Shown: piece after piece, positions 8,314-17,605 of the stretch
How positions within the stretch are numbered: the stretch's first letter is position 1
How the letters are laid out: every line of letters starts with the position of its first letter
Source of the DNA: Longivirga aurantiaca
GTDB lineage: Bacteria > Actinomycetota > Actinomycetes > S36-B12 > CAIYMF01
Assembly (NCBI RefSeq): GCF_042660085.1
Contig: NZ_JBHSTI010000008.1
Location: 2,115,604 to 2,147,603, forward strand
Reading direction: 5' to 3'
Length of the DNA: 32,000 nucleotides
Notes under the pieces: generated by a model
What the model saw: the letters and a program-made list of their open reading frames with translations, nothing else
Databases searched by the model: none
What the model was told of the DNA's origin: nothing
Position numbers and translations under genes: made by a program

Positions 8314-11025
8314 TCAGCGGGTGTCGGACCCAGCGCCGGCGATGGCGGCGCGTCCGGCCTCGAGGCGGGCGACGGGCACGCGGAACGGCGAGCACGACAC
8401 GTAGTCGAGCCCGGCGGAGTGGAAGAAGTGGATCGACTCCGGGTCGCCGCCGTGCTCGCCGCAGACTCCGAGCTTGAGGTCGGGCCGGGTCTTGCGCCCC
8501 TCCTCGGCCGCGATCCGCACCAGGCGCCCGACGCCGTCGGCGTCGAGGGTCTCGAACGGCGACACCGTGAAGACGCCCTTGTCGAGATAGGTCGCGAAGA
8601 ACTCGGCCTCGACGTCGTCGCGGCTGAAGCCCCACGTGGTCTGGGTCAGGTCGTTGGTGCCGAAGGAGAAGAACTCCGCGACGTCGGCGATGCGGTGCGC
8701 GGTGAGCGCCGCACGCGGCAGCTCGATCATCGTGCCGATCGGGATGTGCAGGTCGACACCCTCGCGGGCGGCGATCTCGTGCACGATGCCGTCGGTCTCG
8801 TCGGCCACCAGGTGCAGCTCCATCACCGACCCGACCAGCGGCACCATGATCTCGACCTTCGGGTCGCCGCCTGCCTTCTTGCGCGCGACCGCGGCCTCCG
8901 CGATGGCCCGCACCTGCAGACCGAACAGGCCCGGCACGACGAGCCCCAGACGTACGCCGCGCAGGCCGAGCATCGGGTTCGACTCGTGCAGGCGCTGCAC
9001 CGCCGCGAGCAGCTTGAGGTCGGCGGCCTCGGAGTAGCCGTTGGCCTCCGCCACCGCGACCCGCACCGAGAGCTCGGTGAGGTTGGGCAGGAACTCGTGC
9101 AGCGGCGGGTCGAGCAGGCGGATCGTGACGGGAAGGCCGTCCATCTGCTCGAGCAGCTCGATGAAGTCCTGCCGCTGGAGCGGGAGCAGCGCGTCCAGAG
9201 CGGCCTGGCGGTCCTCGTCGTCGGAGAGGATCACGCGCTCGATGAGCACGCGCCGGTCGCCCAGGAACATGTGCTCGGTCCGTGTGAGGCCGATCCCCTC
9301 CGCACCCATGTAGCGGGCGCGGGCGGCATCCTCGGCGGTGTCCGCGTTGGCGCGGACGCGCAGGTGGCGGATCTCGTCGGCGTAGCCGAGCACGCGGTCG
9401 ACGCTCGTCACGAGCGCAGCTGTGTCCTCGTCGGCGTCGACGAGCGCGGCTTCGAGGCCGTTCTCGAGGTACATCACCACGGGCGACGGACGCACGGGCA
9501 CAGCGCCGATGAAGACCTCACCGGTGGAGCCGTCGATCGACAGGACGTCGCCCTCGACGATCGTGATGTCGCCGCACCGCGCGGTGCGCAGGTGCACGTC
9601 GATGTCGAGGTCCTCGGCGCCGGACACGCAGGTCTTGCCCATGCCACGGGCCACGACGGCCGCGTGCGAGGTCTTCCCGCCGCGCGCGGTGAGGATGCCG
9701 ACGGCGGCGATCATGCCCTCGAGGTCGTCCGGGTTGGTCTCGCGGCGCAGCAGCAGCACGTCCTCGCCGCGCTCCTTCGCGGCGACCGCGGCTGCGGAGT
9801 CGAAGACGACCTTGCCGACCGCCGCACCCGGTGACGCTGCGCCGGCCTTGCACAGCAGCTGCCTCTCGGCGGACGAGTCGAACTGCGGGAACATCAGCTG
9901 CGCGAGCTGCGCGCCCGTGACCCGGTCGAGCGCTTCGTCCTCGTGGATGAGGTGCTCGTCGACGAGCTGGGTCGCGATGCGGAACGCCGCTGCCGCGGTG
10001 CGCTTGCCCACGCGGGTCTGCAGCATCCAGAGCTTGCCGCGCTCGATCGTGAACTCGATGTCGCACAGGTCGCGGTAGTGCGTCTCGAGGCGGCGCATCA
10101 CGGTCATGAGCTCGGCGTGCGCCTCGGGCAGAAGGCCCTTGAGATCGTCGAGGGACAGGGTGTTGCGGATTCCGGCGACGACGTCCTCGCCCTGCGCGTT
10201 CTCGAGGTAGTCGCCGTACGAGCCGGGCGCACCCGTGGACGGGTCGCGGGTGAACGCGACGCCCGTGCCCGAGCCCTCGCCCAGGTTGCCGAACACCATC
10301 GTGCACACGTTGACCGCGGTGCCCAGGTCGTGCGGGATCCGCTCACGGCGGCGGTAGAGACGCGCGCGGTCGGTGTTCCACGAGTCGAACACCGCGCGGA
10401 TCGCGAGGTCGAGCTGCTCGCGCGGGTGCTGCGGGAAGTCGCGGCCCGACTCCTCGCGCACGATGTCCTTGAACAGCTGCACGAGCGCCTGCAGGTCCTC
10501 GACGCCGAGCTCGGTGTCGAGCGCGACGCCCTTGGCCTTCTTCGCGTCGTCGAGCGCGTCGGCGAACCGGTCGCCCTCGATGCCGAGCACCGTCTTGCCG
10601 AACATCTGCACCAGGCGGCGGTAGGAGTCCCACGCGAACCGCTCGTTGCCGCTCGCCTCGGCCAGGCCGATGACGCTGGCGTCGTTCAGGCCGATGTTCA
10701 GGACCGTCTCCATCATGCCGGGCATGGAGAACTTCGCCCCCGACCGCACGCTGACCAGCAGCGGGTCGTGCCGGTCGCCCAGGCGCCGGTCGAGCGAGTC
10801 CTCGAGGTGCCGCAGCGCCATCGTGACCTGCACGCGCAGCTCGCCCGGCTCCTTGCCCTTGGCCAGGTAGGAGCGGCACGCCTCGGTCGTGATCGTGAAC
10901 CCCGGCGGCACCGGCAGCCCGAGGTTCGTCATCTCGGCGAGGTTCGCACCCTTGCCGCCGAGCAGGTCCTTCTGGTCCTTCGACCCCTGCGTGAAGTCGA
11001 AGACGTACGCCGATGCTCCTGGCAT
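8314..11025 (-). CDS. ppdK: Pyruvate, phosphate dikinase
   Basis: Track ORF 8314..11151. I place the start at ATG 11025-11023 (MPGASAYVFDF), which is preceded by GGAGGGA. The upstream 42 codons look non-coding. Motifs: LGGKGANLAEM, the phospho-His loop TARGGKTSHAAVVARGMG, FFSFGTNDLTQTTWGFSRDD and LGVCGEHGGDPES. Confidence 0.95.
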   Translation of the reverse strand: MPGASAYVFDFTQGSKDQKDLLGGKGANLAEMTNLGLPVPPGFTITTEACRSYLAKGKEPGELRVQVTMALRHLEDSLDRRLGDRHDPLLVSVRSGAKFSMPGMMETVLNIGLNDASVIGLAEASGNERFAWDSYRRLVQMFGKTVLGIEGDRFADALDDAKKAKGVALDTELGVEDLQALVQLFKDIVREESGRDFPQHPREQLDLAIRAVFDSWNTDRARLYRRRERIPHDLGTAVNVCTMVFGNLGEGSGTGVAFTRDPSTGAPGSYGDYLENAQGEDVVAGIRNTLSLDDLKGLLPEAHAELMTVMRRLETHYRDLCDIEFTIERGKLWMLQTRVGKRTAAAAFRIATQLVDEHLIHEDEALDRVTGAQLAQLMFPQFDSSAERQLLCKAGAASPGAAVGKVVFDSAAAVAAKERGEDVLLLRRETNPDDLEGMIAAVGILTARGGKTSHAAVVARGMGKTCVSGAEDLDIDVHLRTARCGDITIVEGDVLSIDGSTGEVFIGAVPVRPSPVVMYLENGLEAALVDADEDTAALVTSVDRVLGYADEIRHLRVRANADTAEDAARARYMGAEGIGLTRTEHMFLGDRRVLIERVILSDDEDRQAALDALLPLQRQDFIELLEQMDGLPVTIRLLDPPLHEFLPNLTELSVRVAVAEANGYSEAADLKLLAAVQRLHESNPMLGLRGVRLGLVVPGLFGLQVRAIAEAAVARKKAGGDPKVEIMVPLVGSVMELHLVADETDGIVHEIAAREGVDLHIPIGTMIELPRAALTAHRIADVAEFFSFGTNDLTQTTWGFSRDDVEAEFFATYLDKGVFTVSPFETLDADGVGRLVRIAAEEGRKTRPDLKLGVCGEHGGDPESIHFFHSAGLDYVSCSPFRVPVARLEAGRAAIAGAGSDTR

Positions 11026-11141
11026 GACCTGATCCCTCCGAGCCTGCTGACCCTCGGTCGCTCGATCCGTGCCGGATCTGCCGACCCCGTTGGCGACGCT
11101 ATCCCCCGAGGTTCCGCGAGGGCTGGTCGAACCTTGTGTAA

Positions 11142-11168
11142 ACGCAGTCACATCGACGAGGACTGCGT
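11142..11168 (-). terminator. Hairpin at the end of the hydratase/ALDH/aldolase operon
   Basis: ACGCAGTC (11142-11149) / GACTGCGT (11161-11168), an 8-bp stem with an 11-nt loop that overlaps the aldolase stop codon by 1 nt. On the transcribed strand it is followed by TTTACAC, a weak T-tract. Confidence 0.4.
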
Positions 11169-12190
11169 CACACCGCGACCCCGTCGCGCGCGGCGACGAG
11201 GTCGAGGGCGACGTCGACGATCATGTCCTCCTGGCCGCCGACGAGCTTGCGGCGCCCGACCTCGACGAGGATCGCGCGGGTGTCGAGGCCGTACGTGTCG
11301 GCCGCCCGCTCGGCGTGCCGCAGGAAGCTGCCGTAGACACCGGCGTACCCGAGGGTGAGGGTCTCCCGGTCGACGCGCACCGGGCGGTCCTGCGTCGGGC
11401 GCACGAGGTCGTCGGCGGCGTCCATGAGCGCCATCACGTCCGAGCCGTGCTGCCAGCCGGTGAGGTCGGCGACGGCGATGAACGCCTCGATAGGGCAGTT
11501 GCCCGCACCTGCACCCTGGCCCGCGAGCGAGGCGTCGACGCGGTACGCGCCCTCCTCCACCGCGACGACGCTGTTGGCGACCCCGAGGCCGAGGTTGTGG
11601 TGGGCGTGGATGCCGACCTGCGTCTCCGGCTCCAGGTTGTCGCGGAAGGCGCGGACGCGGTCGCGGACGCCGGTCATCGTGAGACGGCCGCCCGAGTCGA
11701 CGACGTACAGGCACCCGGCCCCGGCGTCCTCCATGATCCTCGCCTGCTGCACGAGCACGTCGGGCTCGGCCATGTGGCTCATCATGAGGAAGCCCGACAC
11801 GTCCATCCCGAGCTCGCACGCCTTGCCGATGTGCTGGATCGCGACGTCGGCCTCGGTGCAGTGCGTGGCGACGCGGACCGACTGCACGCCGAGGTCGTGC
11901 GCGTGCTCGAGGTCCTCGATCCGGCCGATGCCGGGAAGCAGCAGCGTGGTGAGCTTGGCCGTCTTCACGACCTCGGCTGCGGCGGCGATCCACTCCCAGT
12001 CGGTGTGGCGTCCGGGGCCGTAGTTGAGGCTCGATCCGCCGAGGCCGTCGCCGTGGGTCACCTCGATGGCGTCGACGCCGGCGGCGTCGAGGGCCGCGGC
12101 GATGTCGCGGACCTGGTCGAGCGTGTACTGGTGGCGGACGGAGTGCATGCCGTCCCGGAGGGTGACGTCCTGGATGTAGAGCTGCGTCAT
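11168..12190 (-). CDS. dmpG: 4-hydroxy-2-oxovalerate aldolase
   Basis: The start [16 protein letters not shown] at ATG 12190 overlaps the upstream stop as ATGA. Motifs: [58 protein letters not shown]. 340 aa. The N-terminal extension in track ORF 11168..12502 is an out-of-frame shadow. Confidence 0.95.
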   Translation of the reverse strand: MTQLYIQDVTLRDGMHSVRHQYTLDQVRDIAAALDAAGVDAIEVTHGDGLGGSSLNYGPGRHTDWEWIAAAAEVVKTAKLTTLLLPGIGRIEDLEHAHDLGVQSVRVATHCTEADVAIQHIGKACELGMDVSGFLMMSHMAEPDVLVQQARIMEDAGAGCLYVVDSGGRLTMTGVRDRVRAFRDNLEPETQVGIHAHHNLGLGVANSVVAVEEGAYRVDASLAGQGAGAGNCPIEAFIAVADLTGWQHGSDVMALMDAADDLVRPTQDRPVRVDRETLTLGYAGVYGSFLRHAERAADTYGLDTRAILVEVGRRKLVGGQEDMIVDVALDLVAARDGVAV

Positions 12191-13143
12191 GACGGGACGA
12201 CCTCCAGCGTGGGGTTGGCGTGCGTGGCGACGACGCGCTCGGCCACCTGCAGGGCTGCCGAGGTCATGATGTCGAGGTTGCCGGCGTACGCCGGGAGGTA
12301 GTGGCCGGCGCCCTCGACCTCGAGGAACACCGAGACCACGAGGCGGTCGGCCGGCTCGCGGTCGGGCACGAGCACCCGCTCGGGCGTGTCCTTCCCGACC
12401 TTGCGGAACTGCACCTTCTGCTTGAGGCGGTAGCCCGGCACGTACGACGAGACCCGCTCGACCATCCGCTCGACCGAGTCGACGACGGCCTGCTCGTCGC
12501 ACTCGTCGACGATCGCGAGCACTGTGTCGCGCATGATCAGCGGCGGCTCGGCCGGGTTGAGGATGATGATCGCCTTGCCGCGCGCGGCACCCCCGACCTT
12601 CTCGATCGCGAGCGAGGTGGTCTCGGTGAACTCGTCGATGTTGGCGCGCGTGCCGGGGCCGGCCGACTTCGACGCGATCGACGCCACGATCTCGGCGTAG
12701 TGCACGGGCGCCACCTGCGAGATCGCCGCGACCATCGGGATGGTCGCCTGGCCGCCGCAGGTCACCATGTTCACGTTGCGCTGGGTGAGGTGCTCGTCGA
12801 GGTTCACCGCGGGCACGACGTAGGGGCCGATCGCGGCCGGCGTGAGGTCGACCATCGTGACGCCGGTGCCCGCGAGCCGGCTGTCGTTGTAGACGTGCGC
12901 ACCTGCCGAGGTCGCGTCGAAGACGATGCCGATCTCGTCGAGGTGCGGCAGCTGGAGCAGCCCGTCGACACCGGTCGCGACCGTCGGCACACCCATGCGC
13001 GCCGCGCGGGCGAGGCCGTCCGACGCCGGGTCGATGCCGACCATCGCGCCCATCTCGAGCGTCTGCGACAGGCGCAGCACCTTGATCATGAGGTCGGTGC
13101 CGATGTTGCCGGATCCGATGATCGCGACCTTGTTGCGGGTCAT
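12187..13143 (-). CDS. dmpF: Acetaldehyde dehydrogenase (acetylating)
   Basis: [22 protein letters not shown] (Rossmann fold), [16 protein letters not shown] (catalytic Cys), [17 protein letters not shown]. 318 aa. ATGA overlaps occur at both ends (13143/13140 and 12190/12187). Confidence 0.95.
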   Translation of the reverse strand: MTRNKVAIIGSGNIGTDLMIKVLRLSQTLEMGAMVGIDPASDGLARAARMGVPTVATGVDGLLQLPHLDEIGIVFDATSAGAHVYNDSRLAGTGVTMVDLTPAAIGPYVVPAVNLDEHLTQRNVNMVTCGGQATIPMVAAISQVAPVHYAEIVASIASKSAGPGTRANIDEFTETTSLAIEKVGGAARGKAIIILNPAEPPLIMRDTVLAIVDECDEQAVVDSVERMVERVSSYVPGYRLKQKVQFRKVGKDTPERVLVPDREPADRLVVSVFLEVEGAGHYLPAYAGNLDIMTSAALQVAERVVATHANPTLEVVPS

Positions 13144-13943
13144 GCCGTCTCCTCCTGCGCGAACGTGACCGAGATCTGGCCGAGGCCGGAGATGTCCGCC
13201 TCGACGACGTCGCCCGGGCGGACGACGGCCATGGGACCGAGCGCGCCCGACAGCACGACCTCGCCCGCGCGCAGCGGGTCGCCCAGGTCCCGGACCGTGC
13301 GGGCGAGCCAGAGCAGCGCGAGGAGCGGGTCGTCGAGGCAGGCCGAGCCCTGCCCCTCGGACGCCTTCTCGCCGTTGACCGTCATCGTCATCACGACGTC
13401 GACCGGCTCGACCTCGGTCAGCGGCACGACGGCGGCGGACACCACGTAGAGGGCGCTCGACGCGTTGTCGGCGACGGTGTCGGCGTACGAGATGTCCCAG
13501 TCGGCGATGCGGCTGTCGACGATCTCGATCGCTGCCATCGCGCCGGCGACGGCCGCGCGGACCTCCGCGACGTCCTCGAGCGCGCCGTCGAGGTCCGCGG
13601 CGAGCAGGAACGCGACCTCGGCCTCGACCTTCGGCTGCAGCAGGGCGCCAGCGGGCACGGTGCCCCCGGCGGGCACGGCCATGTCGTCGAGCAGCGAGCC
13701 GAAGTCGGGGGTTCCGACGCCGAGCTGCTTCTGCACCGCGGCCGAGGTGAGCCCGATCTTGCGGCCGACCCGCGTCGCACCGGCCTCGAGCCGGCGGGCG
13801 ACGTTGACCGAGGCGACGGCGTACGCCGACTCGACGTCGTCCGCTGCCATGAGGTCGCGCACGGGAGGGCACGGCGTGCGCGTCTGGGCGGCCGCCCAGA
13901 GGCGGTCGGCCGCGGCCTGCCGCGGATCGGTGGAGGGGGTCAT
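13140..13943 (-). CDS. dmpE: 2-oxopent-4-enoate (2-keto-4-pentenoate) hydratase
   Basis: Track ORF 13140..14003. I prefer ATG 13943 ([16 protein letters not shown]), which gives 267 aa. Motifs: [63 protein letters not shown]. The start is uncertain because there is no clear SD. Confidence 0.87.
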   Translation of the reverse strand: MTPSTDPRQAAADRLWAAAQTRTPCPPVRDLMAADDVESAYAVASVNVARRLEAGATRVGRKIGLTSAAVQKQLGVGTPDFGSLLDDMAVPAGGTVPAGALLQPKVEAEVAFLLAADLDGALEDVAEVRAAVAGAMAAIEIVDSRIADWDISYADTVADNASSALYVVSAAVVPLTEVEPVDVVMTMTVNGEKASEGQGSACLDDPLLALLWLARTVRDLGDPLRAGEVVLSGALGPMAVVRPGDVVEADISGLGQISVTFAQEETA

Positions 13944-13960
13944 GGGCCCAGCATGGACGG

Positions 13961-13979
13961 GTGACGATCGGTACGTCAC
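13961..13979. promoter_or_regulatory. Candidate IclR operator in the 46-bp divergent spacer
   Basis: GTGACG-atcggta-CGTCAC (6-bp arms, 7-nt spacer). This is the only obvious dyad between the hydratase start (13943) and the IclR start (13990). Confidence 0.35.
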
Positions 13980-13989
13980 ACTTCGTTCC

Positions 13990-14793
13990 ATGTCACGGAA
14001 CACTCAACCTGCTGCCGGATCGACGGTGTCAGAGCGGCCGGATCGCAGTGCAGCACTCGCTGAATCTCGCGACACGATGCTCGAGCGCGGTGTCCATATC
14101 CTGCAGTCGTTCCGTCCTACGGGACAGCCGCAATCGCTCTCGGCGATCGCGCGACGGACCGATCTCCCCAAGTCCACGACGCACCGCATCGTCGAGGTGC
14201 TGGCCGGTCAAGGGCTGCTCGAGCGCACGGGCGAGGGATGGGTCCTCGGCCGGGCGCTCTTCGAGCTCGGCGAGCTCGTGCCCATCAAGCGCCGCCTGCG
14301 CGAGACCGCGCTGCCGTTCATGGAGGACCTCTACGAGGCCACCCACGAGACCGTGCACCTCGCCGTCCGCGACGACCTCGACGTGCTGTACGCCGAGAAG
14401 ATCCGGGGGCACTCCGGCGTCGACATGCCGTCACGCGTGGGCGGGCGTCTCCCGCTCTCGAGCACGGGGGTCGGCAAGACCCTGCTCGCCTTCTCCCCTG
14501 CGTCGCTCGTCGAGGAGGTCGTGTCGCGCCCGCTGCGCAGGCTCACCGAGCACTCCATCTCCGACCCCGCGGTGCTGCAGGACGAGCTGGCCACGATCCG
14601 GGCCGCGGGTGTCGGCTACGACCGGGAGGAGGCCGCGCTCGGAGTGAGCTGCGTCGCTGCGCCGGTGCTCGTGCGGGGCGAGCCGGTGGCTGCCCTCTCG
14701 GTGAGCGTGCCGTCCGGCCAGCTGCAGCCTGCCCGCCTCGCGCCGGCCGTGCGCACGGCCGCACTGGCCCTCAGCCGGGCGCTGTCGCGCTAG
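13990..14793 (+). CDS. IclR-family transcriptional regulator
   Basis: In frame with track ORF 13465..14793. ATG 13990 (MSRNTQP...) is the first start outside the hydratase gene; an alternative is MLERGVHIL, 29 codons further in. wHTH: [11 protein letters not shown]...[31 protein letters not shown]. The C-terminal IclR effector domain includes HLAVRD...[38 protein letters not shown]. Confidence 0.88.
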   Translation: MSRNTQPAAGSTVSERPDRSAALAESRDTMLERGVHILQSFRPTGQPQSLSAIARRTDLPKSTTHRIVEVLAGQGLLERTGEGWVLGRALFELGELVPIKRRLRETALPFMEDLYEATHETVHLAVRDDLDVLYAEKIRGHSGVDMPSRVGGRLPLSSTGVGKTLLAFSPASLVEEVVSRPLRRLTEHSISDPAVLQDELATIRAAGVGYDREEAALGVSCVAAPVLVRGEPVAALSVSVPSGQLQPARLAPAVRTAALALSRALSR

Positions 14794-14923
14794 GGCGTCA
14801 CGAAGGCGACTCGCCCGGACTCGGTTTCGTCCGTTCGCCCATCGCTCTAATGTTCGTGACTCATCGGGCCCTCGGACATCAAGATCTCGGTCCGTCGGGC
14901 CGTCAGCAACCAGGAGGCGTGCA

Positions 14924-15331
14924 GTGGATCTGCCCCAGGCTCAGGCCGCGCTCGCCGCGGTCGTGGCACATGCGACGACCATCGGCGCCTCGGTGTCGTG
15001 CAGCGTGGTGGACGGCGCGGGCAACGAGGTGCTGACCGCGCGCATGCCGGGTGCACCGTCGTTCACGCCGCACATCGCGCGCACCAAGGCGCGCACAGCC
15101 GTCGCCCTGAGGATGGACAGCGCCGATGTTGCCGGGCTGGCGCAGACCTACCCCGACCTGATCCCCGTCATCGACGAGCAGATGCCGTTCACCGTGACGA
15201 CCCTCGCGGGCGGCGTGCTCGTCCGCGCGGGCAAAGCGGTCCTCGGAGCGGTCGGCGTCAGCGGGGCGACCCCGGACGAGGACGCCGAGTGCGCACGTGC
15301 CGGCGCGTCCGCGACCGGTCTGACGGAGTAG
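14924..15331 (+). CDS. GlcG/HbpS-like (DUF336) haem-binding/degrading family protein
   Basis: 135 aa. GTG 14924 is preceded by AGGAGG (14912-14917). Motifs: AVVDGAGNEV-type core (SVVDGAGNEVLTARM), ARTKARTAVA, AGGVLV..GKAVLGAVGVSGATPDEDAECA. Confidence 0.8.
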   Translation: MDLPQAQAALAAVVAHATTIGASVSCSVVDGAGNEVLTARMPGAPSFTPHIARTKARTAVALRMDSADVAGLAQTYPDLIPVIDEQMPFTVTTLAGGVLVRAGKAVLGAVGVSGATPDEDAECARAGASATGLTE

Positions 15332-15379
15332 CCGCCGACCCGGCGCCCGCGCCGCACCGTCCGGCACAAGAATGTCCCC

Positions 15380-16714
15380 GTGCCGCCCCGGACAGCCCGA
15401 CGCCACCGCCAGGGTGAGGAGTCGCGGGCGCTGATCCTCGACGCCGCGCTGGAGATCGCCGCGGAGCGCGGCTACTCCGGCACCACCATGTCGCTGGTCA
15501 CCGAGCGCACCGGACTGCCGTCGTCGTCGATCTACTGGCACTTCCGCAACAAGGACCACCTTCTCGCCGAGGCGCTCGACCACAGCTGGTCCCGCTGGCT
15601 CGAGGCGGAGCCCCGGACCGACCCCGACGTCGGCGACGACCTCGAGTCGCGGGTGGCGCAGCGCATGGAGCGGCTGCGCACCACGATCGCCACGGCACCG
15701 GAGTTCTGGCGGCTCGGTCTCATGCTCGGACTGCTGCGCACCACGGACGAGATCGCGGCCCGGGACCGCTTCCTCGCCTTGCGGCGGGCGACGATCGAGT
15801 CGACGGAGCGCTGGTGGGCCGATGAGCTTCCCGTCGGCGCGGACGGTGGCGCCCCGCGTGTGCTCGCCCGCCTTCAGCTCGCGGCTGCGGACGGACTCCT
15901 CCTCGCCTCGGAGACCGACCGGGTGTGGAGCTATCCGCGCCTGACGCACGCGTTGGGGCGCGCGCTGCCACCGGTAGCGCTGCGGCTCGCCGGTTCGCCG
16001 ACGCGCCCAACGGCATCCGCCGCTCGCCCGGGCCGGCCGGTGCCGCTGAGTGCCCTGCCGGAGGACTCGAGAACTCGCCTGCTGCGCGCCGCCGCTGAGG
16101 TGTCGGCCGAGCGCGGGTACGTCGGCACGAGCATCAGCCGCATCTGCGAACGGTCAGGGCTCCCTCCGAGCTCGCTGTACTGGTTCTTCGCCGACAAGGG
16201 CGCGCTCCTGGCCGAGGTGCTCGAGCGCAGCTTCGACGAATGGCTCGACCGCCAGCCCACCTGGACGCTCGCGACGACGCCTGAGCAACGGGTCGCGACC
16301 CTCAAGGTCGTCCTGCGCAGCACGATCGGCAGCTTCCACGAGGCGCCCGACTTCCTGCTGGTCGGGCACCTCATCGCCCTCGAGACTCGGGACGAGGGCA
16401 CGACGGCTCGAGCCCGGTTCCTCGCCATCCGACGGCAGGCGGAGAAGACGCTGACCGCCTGGTTCGCCGGCACCTTGGCCCGAGGCCCGGCGGCGGCTGA
16501 CCGCGACCTGCACCGCACCTTGGCACGCCTCACGATGGCGGTCACCGACGGGCTCTTCCTCGGCGAGCAGATGGACGAGTGGGAGACCGACCCGGACGAC
16601 GTCGCCGACGCACTCGTGGCGCTGCTGGAGGAGATCGTCGGCCAGCGGGAGTCCGAGCTGGCCCCGGGCCCGTCAGCGCGACGGCGCGATCGGCGCGGTT
16701 CCGCGAGCGGGTGA
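15380..16714 (+). CDS. TetR-family regulator with two complete TetR modules in one polypeptide (tandem duplication)
   Basis: 444 aa. Module 1 covers aa ~14-200 (ESRALILDAALEIAAERGYSGTTMSLVTERTGLPSSSIYWHFRNKDHLL...). A Pro/Ala/Arg-rich linker covers aa ~201-226. Module 2 covers aa ~227-420 (DSRTRLLRAAAEVSAERGYVGTSISRICERSGLPPSSLYWFFADKGALL...). The ligand-domain helices are also collinear: ARDRFLALRRATIEST vs ARARFLAIRRQAEKTL, and LARLQLAAADGLLL vs LARLTMAVTDGLFL. Confidence 0.85.
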   Translation: MPPRTARRHRQGEESRALILDAALEIAAERGYSGTTMSLVTERTGLPSSSIYWHFRNKDHLLAEALDHSWSRWLEAEPRTDPDVGDDLESRVAQRMERLRTTIATAPEFWRLGLMLGLLRTTDEIAARDRFLALRRATIESTERWWADELPVGADGGAPRVLARLQLAAADGLLLASETDRVWSYPRLTHALGRALPPVALRLAGSPTRPTASAARPGRPVPLSALPEDSRTRLLRAAAEVSAERGYVGTSISRICERSGLPPSSLYWFFADKGALLAEVLERSFDEWLDRQPTWTLATTPEQRVATLKVVLRSTIGSFHEAPDFLLVGHLIALETRDEGTTARARFLAIRRQAEKTLTAWFAGTLARGPAAADRDLHRTLARLTMAVTDGLFLGEQMDEWETDPDDVADALVALLEEIVGQRESELAPGPSARRRDRRGSASG

Positions 16715-16811
16715 CGAGCGGCCGAGAGGCCGAGCGGCCGCGGAATGGCGCGGCCCGACATGGTGTTGGCCAGAAAGGTGCCCGCGCGTGCGGCACGACG
16801 AGAGGCTGGAC

Positions 16812-17465
16812 ATGACGGACGTGCTCAAGGTCGACGTGTGGTCCGACGTCGCCTGCCCCTGGTGCTACATCGGCAAGCGTCGCTTCGCCGAGGGCGTGCG
16901 CCGCTACACCGAGGCCGGTGGCGACCGCGTCGTCGAGGTTGAGTACCACTCGTTCGAGCTCTCCCCCGACACCCCCGTCGACTTCGAGGGCGACGAGATC
17001 GACTTCCTGGCCAAGCACAAGCGGATGCCGGTCGAGCAGGTCCGTCAGCTGATCGCATACGTGAAGCAGGTCGCGGCGGGCGAAGGCATCGACTACGACT
17101 TCGAGGCGCTGCACCACACCAAGACGCTCAAGGCGCACGAGCTGCTGCACCTCGCCAAGGCGCACGGCAAGCAGGAGGAGATGAAGGAGCGGCTGCTGGC
17201 CGCCTACTTCGTGGAGGGCCGCCACGTGGGACGGATCGAGGAGCTCGCCTCGCTCGCCGCCGACGTCGGCCTCGATCCCGTCGAGGTCACCACCGCTCTC
17301 GAGGCCGGGACCTACGCCGACGCCGTGGCCGCCGACATCGCCCAGGGTCTCGCCTACGGCATCAACGGCGTGCCGTTCTACGTGATCGACGGCCGGTACG
17401 GCGTGAGCGGCGCGCAGAGCCCCGAGATGTTCGCCGAGGCCCTTGCTCAGGCGGCGGCGGAGTGA
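16812..17465 (+). CDS. DsbA/FrnE-like thiol:disulfide oxidoreductase (cytoplasmic DsbA family)
   Basis: Track ORF 16788..17465. I prefer ATG 16812 (MTDVLKVDVWSDVACPWCYIGKRRF). CPWC active site. C-terminal GINGVPFYVIDGRYGVSGAQSPEMF. No signal peptide. Confidence 0.87.
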   Translation: MTDVLKVDVWSDVACPWCYIGKRRFAEGVRRYTEAGGDRVVEVEYHSFELSPDTPVDFEGDEIDFLAKHKRMPVEQVRQLIAYVKQVAAGEGIDYDFEALHHTKTLKAHELLHLAKAHGKQEEMKERLLAAYFVEGRHVGRIEELASLAADVGLDPVEVTTALEAGTYADAVAADIAQGLAYGINGVPFYVIDGRYGVSGAQSPEMFAEALAQAAAE

Positions 17466-17605
17466 CCGGCCCGACGCCGTTCACCGTGCTGCCGGGCGCG
17501 GACGACGTGGCCTGCGTGGACGGCGTGTGCGCCGTGCCCGCGCCGTCCGACGTCGCCCCGCAGCCGGACTCGACCAACGCGACGGACGCGACAGACGCGG
17601 ACTAG
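17462..17605 (+). CDS. 47-codon ORF encoding a CXXXXC tail, overlapping the DsbA/FrnE stop; likely the detached C-terminal tail of that protein
   Basis: Too short to appear in the ORF track. GTG 17462 overlaps TGA 17463-17465 (GTGA). It translates to MTGPTPFTVLPGADDVACVDGVCAVPAPSDVAPQPDSTNATDATDAD and stops at TAG 17603-17605. 46 of 47 codons end in G/C, matching the coding bias here. Confidence 0.45.
   Translation: MTGPTPFTVLPGADDVACVDGVCAVPAPSDVAPQPDSTNATDATDAD

Noticed and set aside
7729-11358. Long plus-strand ORFs 7729..9834 (701 aa) and 9943..11358 (471 aa)
   Set aside because: They are antisense to ppdK and the YdcF-like gene. They are Arg/Gly/Asp/His-rich with no motifs, and ppdK motifs on the opposite strand are unambiguous.
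17602-17605. CTAG double-stop overlaps at 17602-17605 and 21287-21290, considered as a special signal
   Set aside because: CTAG is just TAG read on both strands, which is a trivial consequence of convergent genes ending at the same tetranucleotide. It is noted within other findings only.
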